Part shown: positions 44,994 to 54,211 of the stretch, one piece after another
How positions within the stretch are numbered: position 1 is the stretch's first letter
How the letters are laid out: every line of letters begins with the position of its first letter
Assembly (NCBI GenBank): GCA_964428335.1
Contig: CAYRXW010000008.1
Location: 9,834 to 73,833, forward strand
Direction: 5' to 3'
Origin: an uncultured Methanosarcinales archaeon
Lineage (GTDB): Archaea > Nanobdellota > Nanobdellia > Woesearchaeales > GW2011-AR15
DNA length: 64,000 bases
Made by a program: the position numbers and the translations under genes
Notes under the pieces: generated by a model
Seen by the model: only the letters and a program-made list of their open reading frames with translations
Databases searched by the model: none
What the model was told of the DNA's origin: nothing

Positions 44994-45227
44994 TTATTTT
45001 TTTCCTCCTGGAACTATGTTTATGATTAAGCGAGAATGATTAAGCCACATCCCATCCATATGAGAATCAAATGACTTTTCGAAACTTACATTGATATCAT
45101 GCATTGCAATATCACTGGAAGTCCCATGCAAATATTTTTATGGCATGCATTGCTAAAATCAATAAAAAAATATTACTTTATTATATATAAAATTAATGTT
45201 TTAGTTGAATCAGAATTTTTTAATTAT

Positions 45228-46670
45228 TTAGAAATTTTTTATTGCTGAAAATAGTTTAGTTGCATAATGCTGAAGAGTTCTTTGCGGCAAAAATTCTACT
45301 ATTTCTTTTAATGTACGCTCAATTTTTATTGCATCTTTGTCATTATCTGCTATAATCATATAATTGAGCACTCCATCATTTAATGCCTCAGGTCCTGTCA
45401 ATATTACACCAGCACTTTTTTCTTTTGTAAAGCCTATTCCTTTTTCCATTAATATACTATTAAGCCTATTGAAATCATATCCCCTTACATTTTTTGCATC
45501 AGTTGAATTAGTCATATAGTAATGGTCATTGAATTTATCTTTTCCAAATAAGGACACTGCAACATTGTATGCATATGTTCCTCCTGTCCTTCTGATATTT
45601 GATTCAGCAATCCATATTTTTCCGTTTTTATCAATGTGGCAGTCAACATCAAAGTTTCCACGATAACCTCTTATAAAATATTCATTCCCAAGTTTTTCTC
45701 CGATATATTTTAGTTGTCTTTCAATGTCTGTTGAAAAAACATCTTTTCCAAATTCCACGCCAACAAAATCTTTCTCATGTTCAACCCTAAGACCACAGAC
45801 ATATAGAACATCAACACCTTTATCTGTTACCCTAACTTCAATATTTGGGCCTCCACCATGTTTAGTTATATCAATATCAATCAAATCTTCAACAACAACA
45901 TTAAATTCATTCCAGTACTTTTCTTTAAGCTTACCTTTCAGGTAATCCTTAATCTTAAACTCATCAAAGTCTTTTACTTCATCTTCTTTAATCAATAAAA
46001 CTCCTACACCTCCATGTGCTTTATCAATTTTTATTACAACACCTTCGCCTTTCATTAATTTAGTTGTTGAATAGTCTATTACATCTTCAATGTTTGAACT
46101 GTCAAAATAGAAAATTTTTCCATTAGGCATCACAAGTTTATTATCGTTTAAACCTTCAACAAGTTCTCTAATTCCTGATTTTGTTCCTAATCTTTTAATA
46201 TTTTCCCAGTTTTTCTTTGAAGTTACATCAATTTTTTTTGCATGTCTACCAAACACATGAGTTAATTTATACAATTCTTCAGACATGCAATATGCTGTTA
46301 AATCAACTGGTTCATTAAAAGGCAGTTCTTCCATAGCCAGCCTATTTTCTAAAGTATCTTCAGAGACACTTCCATTATGGTGTCTAAGTTTTTGGTTTGG
46401 GACAATGATATTAAGTTGCTCTCTTTTCACACCAAATAAATCACATGCATAATTAACATAATTTTCATCAAGTTTCCATGGTGTAACGTAATAGAATTCT
46501 TCTCTGTCTTTATATTCAGCCAGAAAACTTAATAGTTCTCTTCCTGTATACCAGGTTGCACATTGCCTGTATTCAAGTTCTCTTGCTTTTTTGTTAAGAG
46601 TTTTAGCAAAAGCTAAAACATCCTCAAGCATATTAAAGACATATACTATTGGTTTTTTTTCCCTTGACAT
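45228..46670 (-). CDS. Second ATP-grasp-type ligase (PGM1-like/pre-ATP-grasp family, tentative)
   Basis: VVIKIDKAHGGVGVLLI is the nucleotide-binding strand. GNFDVDCHIDKNGKIWIAESNIRRTGGT is the Mg/ATP C-terminal motif. Confidence 0.55.
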   Translation of the reverse strand: MSREKKPIVYVFNMLEDVLAFAKTLNKKARELEYRQCATWYTGRELLSFLAEYKDREEFYYVTPWKLDENYVNYACDLFGVKREQLNIIVPNQKLRHHNGSVSEDTLENRLAMEELPFNEPVDLTAYCMSEELYKLTHVFGRHAKKIDVTSKKNWENIKRLGTKSGIRELVEGLNDNKLVMPNGKIFYFDSSNIEDVIDYSTTKLMKGEGVVIKIDKAHGGVGVLLIKEDEVKDFDEFKIKDYLKGKLKEKYWNEFNVVVEDLIDIDITKHGGGPNIEVRVTDKGVDVLYVCGLRVEHEKDFVGVEFGKDVFSTDIERQLKYIGEKLGNEYFIRGYRGNFDVDCHIDKNGKIWIAESNIRRTGGTYAYNVAVSLFGKDKFNDHYYMTNSTDAKNVRGYDFNRLNSILMEKGIGFTKEKSAGVILTGPEALNDGVLNYMIIADNDKDAIKIERTLKEIVEFLPQRTLQHYATKLFSAIKNF

Positions 46671-46798
46671 GAACTAACGCAACTCATATCTAATTTTAAG
46701 AACCACTTTTTTTCTTTTTCTAGATTATTAAATTATTTATAAATCTATAAGAAAATTTAAAAACTAAAACCCCTAAATTAATTTAAAGAGGTGTTAAT

Positions 46799-47962
46799 AT
46801 GTTTAAACTTAAAGATTTCAATTTTGCAAACAAAAGAGTTCTGATAAGGGTAGATTACAATGTTCCAATAAAGAAAGGAATTATTGCAGATGATGCCAGG
46901 ATTAAAAAAACCATCCCGACAATCAATTATATCCTTGGGAAAAACGCCAGACAGATAATCCTTGTTTCCCACCTTGGAAGACCTGATGGTAAATACAACG
47001 AAGAATATTCATTAAAACCTGTTGCAAAAAGGCTAAGCGAGCTTATGAACCTGGAAATCACTCTTGCAGCTCCTAATGTCAGGGAAGTATCAATACCTGA
47101 AAAAAGAATAGTCATGCTTGAAAACATAAGGTTTGACATTGGGGATGAGACTAACGATGACGAGCTTGCAAAAAAACTTGCTTCTTTTGCAGATATCTTT
47201 GTTTTTGACGCTTTTGGAGTTTCACACAGGGAACAGGCATCTGTCACAGGTGTTATGAAATATATGAAATCCTGCTCTGGTTTTCTGATGGAAAAAGAAG
47301 TCACATTCCTTAGGGATAAGATGAAAAAGCCAGCAAGGCCATTTGTTGCAATAATAGGTGGAGCAAAAGAAGATAAGATCAGCGTCATTGATAAGCTGAT
47401 TAAAAAGGTCGATATCCTTATTGTAGGTGGTGTACTTGCAAATACTTTCCTTAAAGCAAAAGGGAGGGAGATTGGGAATTCAAAATACAGCGTAGACTAT
47501 TTAGGATATGCAAGAGACATGATTAGAAAGTATGCTGATAAGATTGCCATGCCTGTGGATTTTATTGTAGCTGACAGCTACAGTGAATCTGCAAAGACAA
47601 GATGCGCCGGTCTTCCTGATGACATTACAGGATGGATGATAATGGACATAGGGCCATACACTATTACTGGATATAAGGAGATACTGAGCAGGGCTAAGAC
47701 AATTGTCTGGGCAGGGCCTATAGGTGTCTTTGAATGGGAAGCTTTCAGGAGAGGAACACTGGATCTCGCTAACCATATTGCAACACTTGATGCGGTAAAG
47801 ATAATTGGTGGTGGAGACAGCGGGGAAGCGATTGAAAAATTTGGGCTTGCTGATAAGATGTCCCTGGTTTCAACAGGTGGCGGAGCTTCACTGGAACTTT
47901 TATCAGGAAAAGAGCTTCCTGCAATCAAAGCACTTGAAGAAAACCAGGAAAAGTTCAGGTGA
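46799..47962 (+). CDS. pgk: Phosphoglycerate kinase
   Basis: The recognised segments are KRVLIRVDYNVPIK, SHLGRPDG, FVAIIGGAKEDKI and STGGGASLELLSGKELP. A GAGGTG ribosome-binding site lies upstream. Confidence 0.93.
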   Translation: MFKLKDFNFANKRVLIRVDYNVPIKKGIIADDARIKKTIPTINYILGKNARQIILVSHLGRPDGKYNEEYSLKPVAKRLSELMNLEITLAAPNVREVSIPEKRIVMLENIRFDIGDETNDDELAKKLASFADIFVFDAFGVSHREQASVTGVMKYMKSCSGFLMEKEVTFLRDKMKKPARPFVAIIGGAKEDKISVIDKLIKKVDILIVGGVLANTFLKAKGREIGNSKYSVDYLGYARDMIRKYADKIAMPVDFIVADSYSESAKTRCAGLPDDITGWMIMDIGPYTITGYKEILSRAKTIVWAGPIGVFEWEAFRRGTLDLANHIATLDAVKIIGGGDSGEAIEKFGLADKMSLVSTGGGASLELLSGKELPAIKALEENQEKFR

Positions 47963-47965
47963 AAA

Positions 47966-48469
47966 ATGAAGCTCGGGATAATTTCAGATTCTCATGACCA
48001 GGTTGAAAATATAAAAAAAGCAATCAGGATATTCAATAAGGAGAAAGTTGACTTGGCCTACCATCTTGGAGACTGGTGCTCTCCATTTAACCTTCACCTG
48101 TTTAAAGAGCTAAACTGCTCATTAAAAGGTATATTTGGGAATAATGATGCTGATATCTATAAGTTTTTCAAATACAAGCCTGCTAACATTGAATTTTTTG
48201 ATAAGTTCTATGTAGATGAAGTGAAGAAAAAAAAGATTTGCCTTTTCCATGGGGATCCTGCTGAACTTGTTGAGAGGTTATACGAAAGCAAGAAATATGA
48301 CCTGCTCTTGACAGGGCATGACCATATCGCAAAAATTAGAGATAATGGAAAGACTTTGCACATCAATCCTGGTAACCTTATCGGGAAATTCTCTGAACAG
48401 ACAAAAGAATGGACAAAGCCTAGCATTGCAATATATGATTTTAGGAAAGCCAGGATTATCAAGATTTAA
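47966..48469 (+). CDS. MJ0936/YfcE-family metallophosphoesterase
   Basis: The motifs are ISDSHD, GDWCSP, GNND, FHGD and GHDH. Confidence 0.8.
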   Translation: MKLGIISDSHDQVENIKKAIRIFNKEKVDLAYHLGDWCSPFNLHLFKELNCSLKGIFGNNDADIYKFFKYKPANIEFFDKFYVDEVKKKKICLFHGDPAELVERLYESKKYDLLLTGHDHIAKIRDNGKTLHINPGNLIGKFSEQTKEWTKPSIAIYDFRKARIIKI

Positions 48470-48495
48470 AAAGCGGTTTCTTTTACTTTGGAAAA

Positions 48496-49080
48496 ATGAT
48501 AATTGCAAAAGGCGCTGAAGCAGAAATCCACCTTGAAGAAGATAAGATAATAAAAAAAAGAATCAGGAAAAATTACAGGCTAAAAGCGCTTGATGACTCT
48601 CTTAGGAAATCAAGGACAAGAAGGGAAGCTAAGATACTTGAAAAGCTTCCAAAAGAAATCAATGCTCCAAAAATAATCAAGTCTGGCGAAACTGAGATTG
48701 AAATGGAACATATTAAGGGAGAAAAGGTAAGGGATGTTCTTGATTCAAAATTAATCTTAGCTAAACAAATTGGTGAAAGCATTGCAATTCTGCACAACAA
48801 TGGAATTATACATGGAGACCTTACAACTTCAAACATGATATATAATAAGAAAATATATCTTGTGGATTTTGGGCTTAGCTATTTTTCAGATAAAACAGAA
48901 GACAAGGCAGTTGACCTACATCTTTTAAGGCAAGCTTTGGAAAGCAAGCATTATAAGGTTTTTAAGAAAGCTTTTAAACTGGTATTGGAAGGATATAAAT
49001 CAAAATCAAAAGATTATAAATTAGTAATGGAGAGGCTTGAGAAAGTTGAGAGCAGGGGAAGGAACAAAGGAAAATATTAA
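48496..49080 (+). CDS. bud32: Bud32/PRPK-type atypical kinase (KEOPS subunit), stand-alone
   Basis: The recognised segments are IAKGAEAEI, IIHGDLTTSNMI, LVDFGLS and DKAVDLHLL. Length is 194 aa. Confidence 0.8.
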   Translation: MIIAKGAEAEIHLEEDKIIKKRIRKNYRLKALDDSLRKSRTRREAKILEKLPKEINAPKIIKSGETEIEMEHIKGEKVRDVLDSKLILAKQIGESIAILHNNGIIHGDLTTSNMIYNKKIYLVDFGLSYFSDKTEDKAVDLHLLRQALESKHYKVFKKAFKLVLEGYKSKSKDYKLVMERLEKVESRGRNKGKY

Positions 49081-49786
49081 GCTTCATTATGAGATATATG
49101 GGAATGGAAAACCTTTGATATTTCTTCATGGAGCTTTCTGGAACATAGAATATTACAGGGAATTTATAGATATATTAAGCAAAAAATTCAAGGTGATTGC
49201 CGTTGACTTGCCGTTTCATGGGAAATCCAATAATAGATTAATGGATTTTTCAGAAACATCTGACATTGTTTATAAAATCTGCCAAAATGAAAATATTCAA
49301 AACCCTTCAATTATTTCCCACTCTGCCGGAAGCGGAATTGCAATAGTCTATGCCTCAAAATTCAAAGTAAAAAAATTATACTTGATAGCTCCTGCTGGAA
49401 TCAGGTATTTTAAACATGAGATATTATTTTATTCTAAGGCCATTATTGCCCAACCTATTATGTCACTAAGATTTTCAGGAATCAAAATGCTAAAAATCTA
49501 CAAAGCAGGAGCAGAATTCATAAAAAAAAATCGGAAAACAAAAAATCTGTTAGAGTTTATGAATAAGCTGCTTAAATTGGATTTAAGGAAAGATATGAAT
49601 ATGATTAAGTGTCCGGTCACAATAATCTGGACAAAGGAGGATGAAATGCTTCCTATAAGGCACAGCACTGAGTTTCTAAAAAACATAAAAAAATCAAAGC
49701 TGATCATTATCCACGGCTGCCATAACTGGCCTGCATTCAATCCTGAAAACATCTATAAGATTGATGAACTGAAATTAAAGGCCTAG
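49037..49786 (+). CDS. Alpha/beta hydrolase
   Basis: The recognised segments are GKPLIFLHGAF, the nucleophile elbow SHSAGSG, and a late HGCHNW. The TTG start overlaps bud32 by 44 nt, so the start is uncertain. Confidence 0.65.
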   Translation: MRKLRAGEGTKENIKLHYEIYGNGKPLIFLHGAFWNIEYYREFIDILSKKFKVIAVDLPFHGKSNNRLMDFSETSDIVYKICQNENIQNPSIISHSAGSGIAIVYASKFKVKKLYLIAPAGIRYFKHEILFYSKAIIAQPIMSLRFSGIKMLKIYKAGAEFIKKNRKTKNLLEFMNKLLKLDLRKDMNMIKCPVTIIWTKEDEMLPIRHSTEFLKNIKKSKLIIIHGCHNWPAFNPENIYKIDELKLKA

Positions 49787-50139
49787 CTATAGCTTAAATC
49801 CAGCTCATCCTGGTAATCCAGCGAATCCCCGCCATCTACAGTCACTGCGCTTCCCTTATTCTTCTTGTATTTAACTGTCTCTTTTTTCTTTTCCTTAATC
49901 TGCCCCATGGCAAGCTTATCTGCATCTGCGTTTGTTATCTTTTTGAGATCATCAAAGCCCTTTATATCAAATGCCCTCAATGCTTTTCTTAATAATCCGT
50001 CTTCGCTTTCCTTGACCTCCTTAAAGACTGTGTGCTTCGCTATACATTTATTGCATACATTGTCTTTCCCTATAAAATAAAGGAAAGTAAGCTCTTTTCT
50101 GCAGGAGTCGCATTTCATTAAGCCATGAAAAGAAATCAT
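49783..50139 (-). CDS. Small zinc-ribbon protein (hypothetical)
   Basis: Two CxxC pairs are present, CDSCRKEL ... CNKCIAKH. Confidence 0.5.
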   Translation of the reverse strand: MISFHGLMKCDSCRKELTFLYFIGKDNVCNKCIAKHTVFKEVKESEDGLLRKALRAFDIKGFDDLKKITNADADKLAMGQIKEKKKETVKYKKNKGSAVTVDGGDSLDYQDELDLSYS

Positions 50140-50168
50140 TCATTAAAATAGGTTTCGGTTAAAAAAAT

Positions 50169-50828
50169 TTAGAGATAATATTCAACAGTTATGTCCTTCT
50201 TCAAAACATCATATGCTTTCCCTATATCCTTATCATTTAAGATGAAAGTTGCTTCTGTTTCTGTATTCACAAGGTCCATTATAGAGATGTTATGCATTGC
50301 CAGGGTCTTTGTGACAGCATAATAGAAACCTGGGGTATTTATCATCTCTTTTGGAATCTTTAATGAAATTGAAGCCATATTCCTGTTTATTGCCTTAATC
50401 TTTTCTCCTTTTAATGCATCAATAAACTTGTGCTCATATTTTTCATTGCTGATTACAAGTACCTCATAATTTCCATATATTATGTTAAGGGTATCTCCGA
50501 CTTCAAAGTCAACAAACTTATACAGCCTGATAAGCTTTTTATGCAGGGATTGTGTTTTCTTGACAGATATTTCAAACAATCCTGATTTTACAAGTATTGA
50601 CGTTTCCTTCGAAAGCCTGATTTTTTTTGAGGTGCTTTTAGTCTTTTCAATATACCTTCTTATTGCCATTGATATTGCTGATACCTTGACTTCCCCAAGT
50701 TCTTTTTTTACTTCTGGATATATCAATTCAGAAAGGGCCATTATGTTCACCAAATCTTTTTCCAGCGATTCATGTAGGTATGGCTTTTCCCTAAGAATTT
50801 TTATTGTTACCTGTGAGATATTTACCAT
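50169..50828 (-). CDS. Hypothetical protein with a C-terminal ACT-like domain
   Basis: The C-terminal part reads NTPGFYYAVTKTLAMHNISIMDLVNTETEATFILNDKDIGKAYDVLKK. Confidence 0.5.
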   Translation of the reverse strand: MVNISQVTIKILREKPYLHESLEKDLVNIMALSELIYPEVKKELGEVKVSAISMAIRRYIEKTKSTSKKIRLSKETSILVKSGLFEISVKKTQSLHKKLIRLYKFVDFEVGDTLNIIYGNYEVLVISNEKYEHKFIDALKGEKIKAINRNMASISLKIPKEMINTPGFYYAVTKTLAMHNISIMDLVNTETEATFILNDKDIGKAYDVLKKDITVEYYL

Positions 50829-50925
50829 TTTCGCTGCTTTTTATGAATAAGACATTTCTTTTTGTTAAATTTTTAACAGAAAGTTAAAAAGCTTTATAAA
50901 GATTTTCAATATTCTTAACGCAATT

Positions 50926-51480
50926 ATGAAGAAATTCAAAATAAAATATGTAAACATAGACCTGGATAGGAAGTGGCTTATTATAGGAGCCATGTTTTTC
51001 ATAATCTCGTTTTTCATAAATGTATGGCCACTGGTATTCTTAGGCATTTTTTGCGTAGGAAACGCTATTGTGCTTTCCCTGGACAGGTATGTAAGCCTTC
51101 CTATTGATATTGAGTTCTCAACCTTTTCCTCAATTTTGATGACAAAAGTCTTTGGGCTTGAATGGGGGATTGCAAATGCAATAATAACTAAGCTATCAGC
51201 AATCATCCATAACAAGAAATTTGCAATGGACCATATCTTCATGATAGGAGGGTATTGCTTTGCTGCAATACTTGCAAACATGCTTCCTGGAAGCATCTTT
51301 TCGATAGGGCTTCTTGCCACAGTGATTGTAAATATCTACATAGTTTTTGTATCAAAGTTCATAACAATGCTTTCCATGCAGGAAATTTTCATGTATGGCA
51401 TTAGCAACACTCTGTTCAACCTTGTCCTTTTTGTCGGGTTTTCTGATTTGTTCTATAAAATAATGATGTTTTTTGCTTAA
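50926..51480 (+). CDS. Polytopic membrane protein, paralog family member E
   Basis: 184 aa. The core is SLPIDIEFSTFSSILMTKVFGLEWGIANAI. The overlapping antisense ORF 50865..51320 is judged a shadow ORF. Confidence 0.6.
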   Translation: MKKFKIKYVNIDLDRKWLIIGAMFFIISFFINVWPLVFLGIFCVGNAIVLSLDRYVSLPIDIEFSTFSSILMTKVFGLEWGIANAIITKLSAIIHNKKFAMDHIFMIGGYCFAAILANMLPGSIFSIGLLATVIVNIYIVFVSKFITMLSMQEIFMYGISNTLFNLVLFVGFSDLFYKIMMFFA

Positions 51481-51513
51481 TTTTATTAATTTAAAGCAAC
51501 TTAAGAAACATAA

Positions 51514-51996
51514 ATGAAAATTTTAAAGAAGATATGGCTAAGGGACTGGCTGGTAAACCTATTACTGGCATATATACTGATATCAGATATTTTTTTCATA
51601 ATATCATTTAAGGCTGAGATGATTATTTTTGGACTGCCTTTTATTCTGCTAAGCATCATTTTTTTCCCGTTCATAATATTTATTTTTTCACCCTGCATGA
51701 TAATATATGATTCTGGGATAAAACTTCGGCAGAAATATCTTCCATGGAATGAAATAAAAAGCATAAGCTTTAGCAGCGGAAGATTTAGGGATACTGTTTT
51801 TTGGAGAGGACTTAAGCTTCCTGCAACGCAAAGGATATATGTCCTTGACATGAAAGGAAATGAATACAACACAATAATAGACTTGGATCATTCCCTGAAA
51901 ATCAACAGGAGCTCAAACAACATATCAATTATCAGCGAAGTTTTTCATCTTACCGGAAGAGCCAACATTCTAAGTGACTGGGCAGAAAAGAGGTAG
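51514..51996 (+). CDS. Membrane protein with a C-terminal soluble (PH-like?) domain (hypothetical)
   Basis: Two N-terminal TM helices are followed by YDSGIKLRQKYLPWNEIKSISF. Confidence 0.5.
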   Translation: MKILKKIWLRDWLVNLLLAYILISDIFFIISFKAEMIIFGLPFILLSIIFFPFIIFIFSPCMIIYDSGIKLRQKYLPWNEIKSISFSSGRFRDTVFWRGLKLPATQRIYVLDMKGNEYNTIIDLDHSLKINRSSNNISIISEVFHLTGRANILSDWAEKR

Positions 51997-52196
51997 TGAA
52001 ATTATCTTCTTAAAAAATTTTTTATTTTATATATGATTACTCCAAAAAATGAAACCACTAAGTAAGGCAGCATTCTAAAAAAATCAAAAGGAGAATAAAC
52101 TATTGCTGCAGGGCATAGCCCTGGAGTACATGCACCAGAAGCACAAATTAAGCACATCAGAAATCACTCAATTTAGTCTATTTTTTAAGTTTGCCA

Positions 52197-52580
52197 CTAT
52201 GGGACCACCAGCTTTATGTAATCAGCTTTTTTTGATGTCTGAAGCTCATTCATCAGCGTCCTTATTTTGCCTGCATCACCTTCAAGGATGAAAATTTGAA
52301 GGCATTTATGTGTGTCAAGATGGTTATGTATCTGTGTTTTTATTATTTCATTATATTTATGCCTTATACCCGATATGTCTTCATTATGCTCTTCTTCATT
52401 AACCACAATAAGCGTCCCTGCAACTTTGCCGGAAAGGCTTGATTTTTCCTTTTCAGAAGCGATAAGCATCCTTAGTCCAGAGCGTATTATTTCGCTTCTA
52501 CCACTATAACCAAGATCTTTTTGAAATCTGTCCATTTCTTTAATTAATCTGTCATTCAAAGAAATGCTTATTATGGCCAT
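52197..52580 (-). CDS. NikR-like ribbon-helix-helix (CopG) regulator with a C-terminal metal-sensing ACT-like domain
   Basis: The RHH is MAIISISLNDRLIKEMDRFQKDLGYSGRSEIIRSGLRMLI. The C-terminal domain carries H-x-x-H and Cys (QIHNHLDTHKC). The start was moved to the internal Met at 52580. The ORF-track N-terminal extension is AT-rich spacer. Confidence 0.7.
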   Translation of the reverse strand: MAIISISLNDRLIKEMDRFQKDLGYSGRSEIIRSGLRMLIASEKEKSSLSGKVAGTLIVVNEEEHNEDISGIRHKYNEIIKTQIHNHLDTHKCLQIFILEGDAGKIRTLMNELQTSKKADYIKLVVP

Positions 52581-52676
52581 ATGCCCTATAATTATTAATA
52601 TATTTATATAGTTAATCATAAAAATTATTAACAATAAGCTTAAATATTAATAACAATACCTTATTGAAGGATTAAA

Positions 52677-53426
52677 ATGAACGAAACTTGGGTTTTAACA
52701 TTATTAAGCGTAACTATAATCAGCCTAATATCCTTTGCTGGCGTTTTTACGCTGACATTGAAAGGGAGAATCCTAAATAAAATCCTTTTATTCCTTGTCA
52801 GCTTCTCAACAGGTGCCTTGCTTGGAGACGCTTTTATCCATCTTCTTCCTGAGATGATTGAAGAGACAGGCTTCACCCTTTCAAGCTCTTTTGCTGTTAT
52901 AGGCGGAATCCTTATATTTTTTGTCTTGGAAAAATTCATCCATTGGAGACACTGCCATGTCCCGACATCTAAAGATCACCCACACCCTGTTGGAATAATG
53001 AACCTTGTTGGAGACGGCTTTCATAATTTTATGGATGGCATGATCATTGCCGGAAGCTTCATGGCTGACACAAGGATAGGGATTGCAACAACAATTGCAG
53101 TAATACTTCACGAGATACCGCAGGAGATTGGCGAACTTGGGATACTTATACACGCAGGATATTCTAAATCAAAAGCATTGATACTAAATTTCATGTCTGC
53201 GCTCATATCTGTTCTTGGAGCATTGATTGCACTTTTGCTTGGAAGCCTTTCAGAAAATTTCATACTATTTGTAACCCCAATTACTATAGGCGGATTCATC
53301 TATATTGCTTCAGCTGACCTTATTCCTGAACTCCATAAGGAGACTGACCCGAAAAAATCATTTATGCAGCTTGTTGGAATAGTGCTTGGAGTTGGAATAA
53401 TGCTTTCGCTCCTTTTCCTTGAGTAA
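52677..53426 (+). CDS. ZIP-family (ZupT-like) divalent metal transporter
   Basis: The recognised segments are GDAFIHLLPE, GDGFHNFMDG and LHEIPQEIGE. Confidence 0.85.
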   Translation: MNETWVLTLLSVTIISLISFAGVFTLTLKGRILNKILLFLVSFSTGALLGDAFIHLLPEMIEETGFTLSSSFAVIGGILIFFVLEKFIHWRHCHVPTSKDHPHPVGIMNLVGDGFHNFMDGMIIAGSFMADTRIGIATTIAVILHEIPQEIGELGILIHAGYSKSKALILNFMSALISVLGALIALLLGSLSENFILFVTPITIGGFIYIASADLIPELHKETDPKKSFMQLVGIVLGVGIMLSLLFLE

Positions 53427-53458
53427 TCTTTTTAACCATAAATGAATTTATTTTTCAT

Positions 53459-54211
53459 ATGAACCCTATTGTTTTTCTTGCTTTAGCTTTAACAGTAGTA
53501 TATTCTTTTTTCCTGGCCCTTTTCCTGACTCCAAAAGCCCATAAAAAAAAGATAAAGCATGGAAAATTTGACCTTTTCCAGTTCATGCTGCTGTTTTTTG
53601 CCCCAATGGTTGTGATACCTGCATTATATTTCCTGAAGAGAATAATTATTTCAAGCCAAAAGATTGAGGTCTTTTCATTTCCTATTATCTGGTTTGACCT
53701 TTTTTTCTTTCTGCTGATATATTTCCTCATCCTTGGAAACGGAATACATTCTGTATCTGTCATTAATCAAAAGCATATGAAAGACCTTAGGAAACATAAC
53801 CTGTGGAAGATAAATGAATTTTTCCACAATTCATTCAGCCATTTCCTGATTACTGTCCCTGCAATGCTTATTCCGTTTCTATACTCCATGCTGGAAATTA
53901 ACCATCCTGTTTCAGCTATCACAAGTATTGAAATTTGGATAATATTGCTTTGCGGCATATTGCTTGGCATAGGCACAGGGATTGCATGCACAGAAGGAAG
54001 CATACCAAAAGTCATGTTCTATGTTATATTTTCTCTTTCTATCATGATTCCTTTGATTTTTGTATCCAAAAACCTAGATTTCAGAAACTATCCTTTCTCT
54101 ACGTTGACAGAAACAGTGTATATTTCTGCAGTCCTTACCCTATCTTTCTATAAATACAAGCTAAAAGGCTTTCCTGAGATGGTTCCTCATTATTTTTTTG
54201 ACGATAAATAA
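53459..54211 (+). CDS. Polytopic membrane protein (hypothetical)
   Basis: 250 aa with about 7 TM helices. No motif recognised. Confidence 0.55.
   Translation: MNPIVFLALALTVVYSFFLALFLTPKAHKKKIKHGKFDLFQFMLLFFAPMVVIPALYFLKRIIISSQKIEVFSFPIIWFDLFFFLLIYFLILGNGIHSVSVINQKHMKDLRKHNLWKINEFFHNSFSHFLITVPAMLIPFLYSMLEINHPVSAITSIEIWIILLCGILLGIGTGIACTEGSIPKVMFYVIFSLSIMIPLIFVSKNLDFRNYPFSTLTETVYISAVLTLSFYKYKLKGFPEMVPHYFFDDK

Noticed and set aside
50865-51320. A 151-aa minus-strand ORF overlapping membrane paralog E.
   Set aside because: The plus-strand ORF has clear homology to four other genes in the window, and the minus-strand ORF has none. It looks like the hydrophobic mirror frame.
52103-52291. A 62-aa plus-strand ORF and an isolated hairpin CAGGGC-ATA-GCCCTG (52109-52123), followed by GCAC repeats at 52132, 52141 and 52152 in the 200-nt spacer downstream of the NikR-like gene.
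   Set aside because: The ORF overlaps the 3' end of the regulator gene and has no recognisable features. The hairpin is only 6 bp with no adjacent T-run on either strand. Three 4-mers are too weak a signal to call a motif.
52581-52634. An 18-aa N-terminal extension of the NikR-like regulator (MLIIFMINYINILIIIGH).
   Set aside because: It is a translation of AT-rich promoter spacer. The ribbon-helix-helix beta-strand begins right after the internal Met (MAIISISL).
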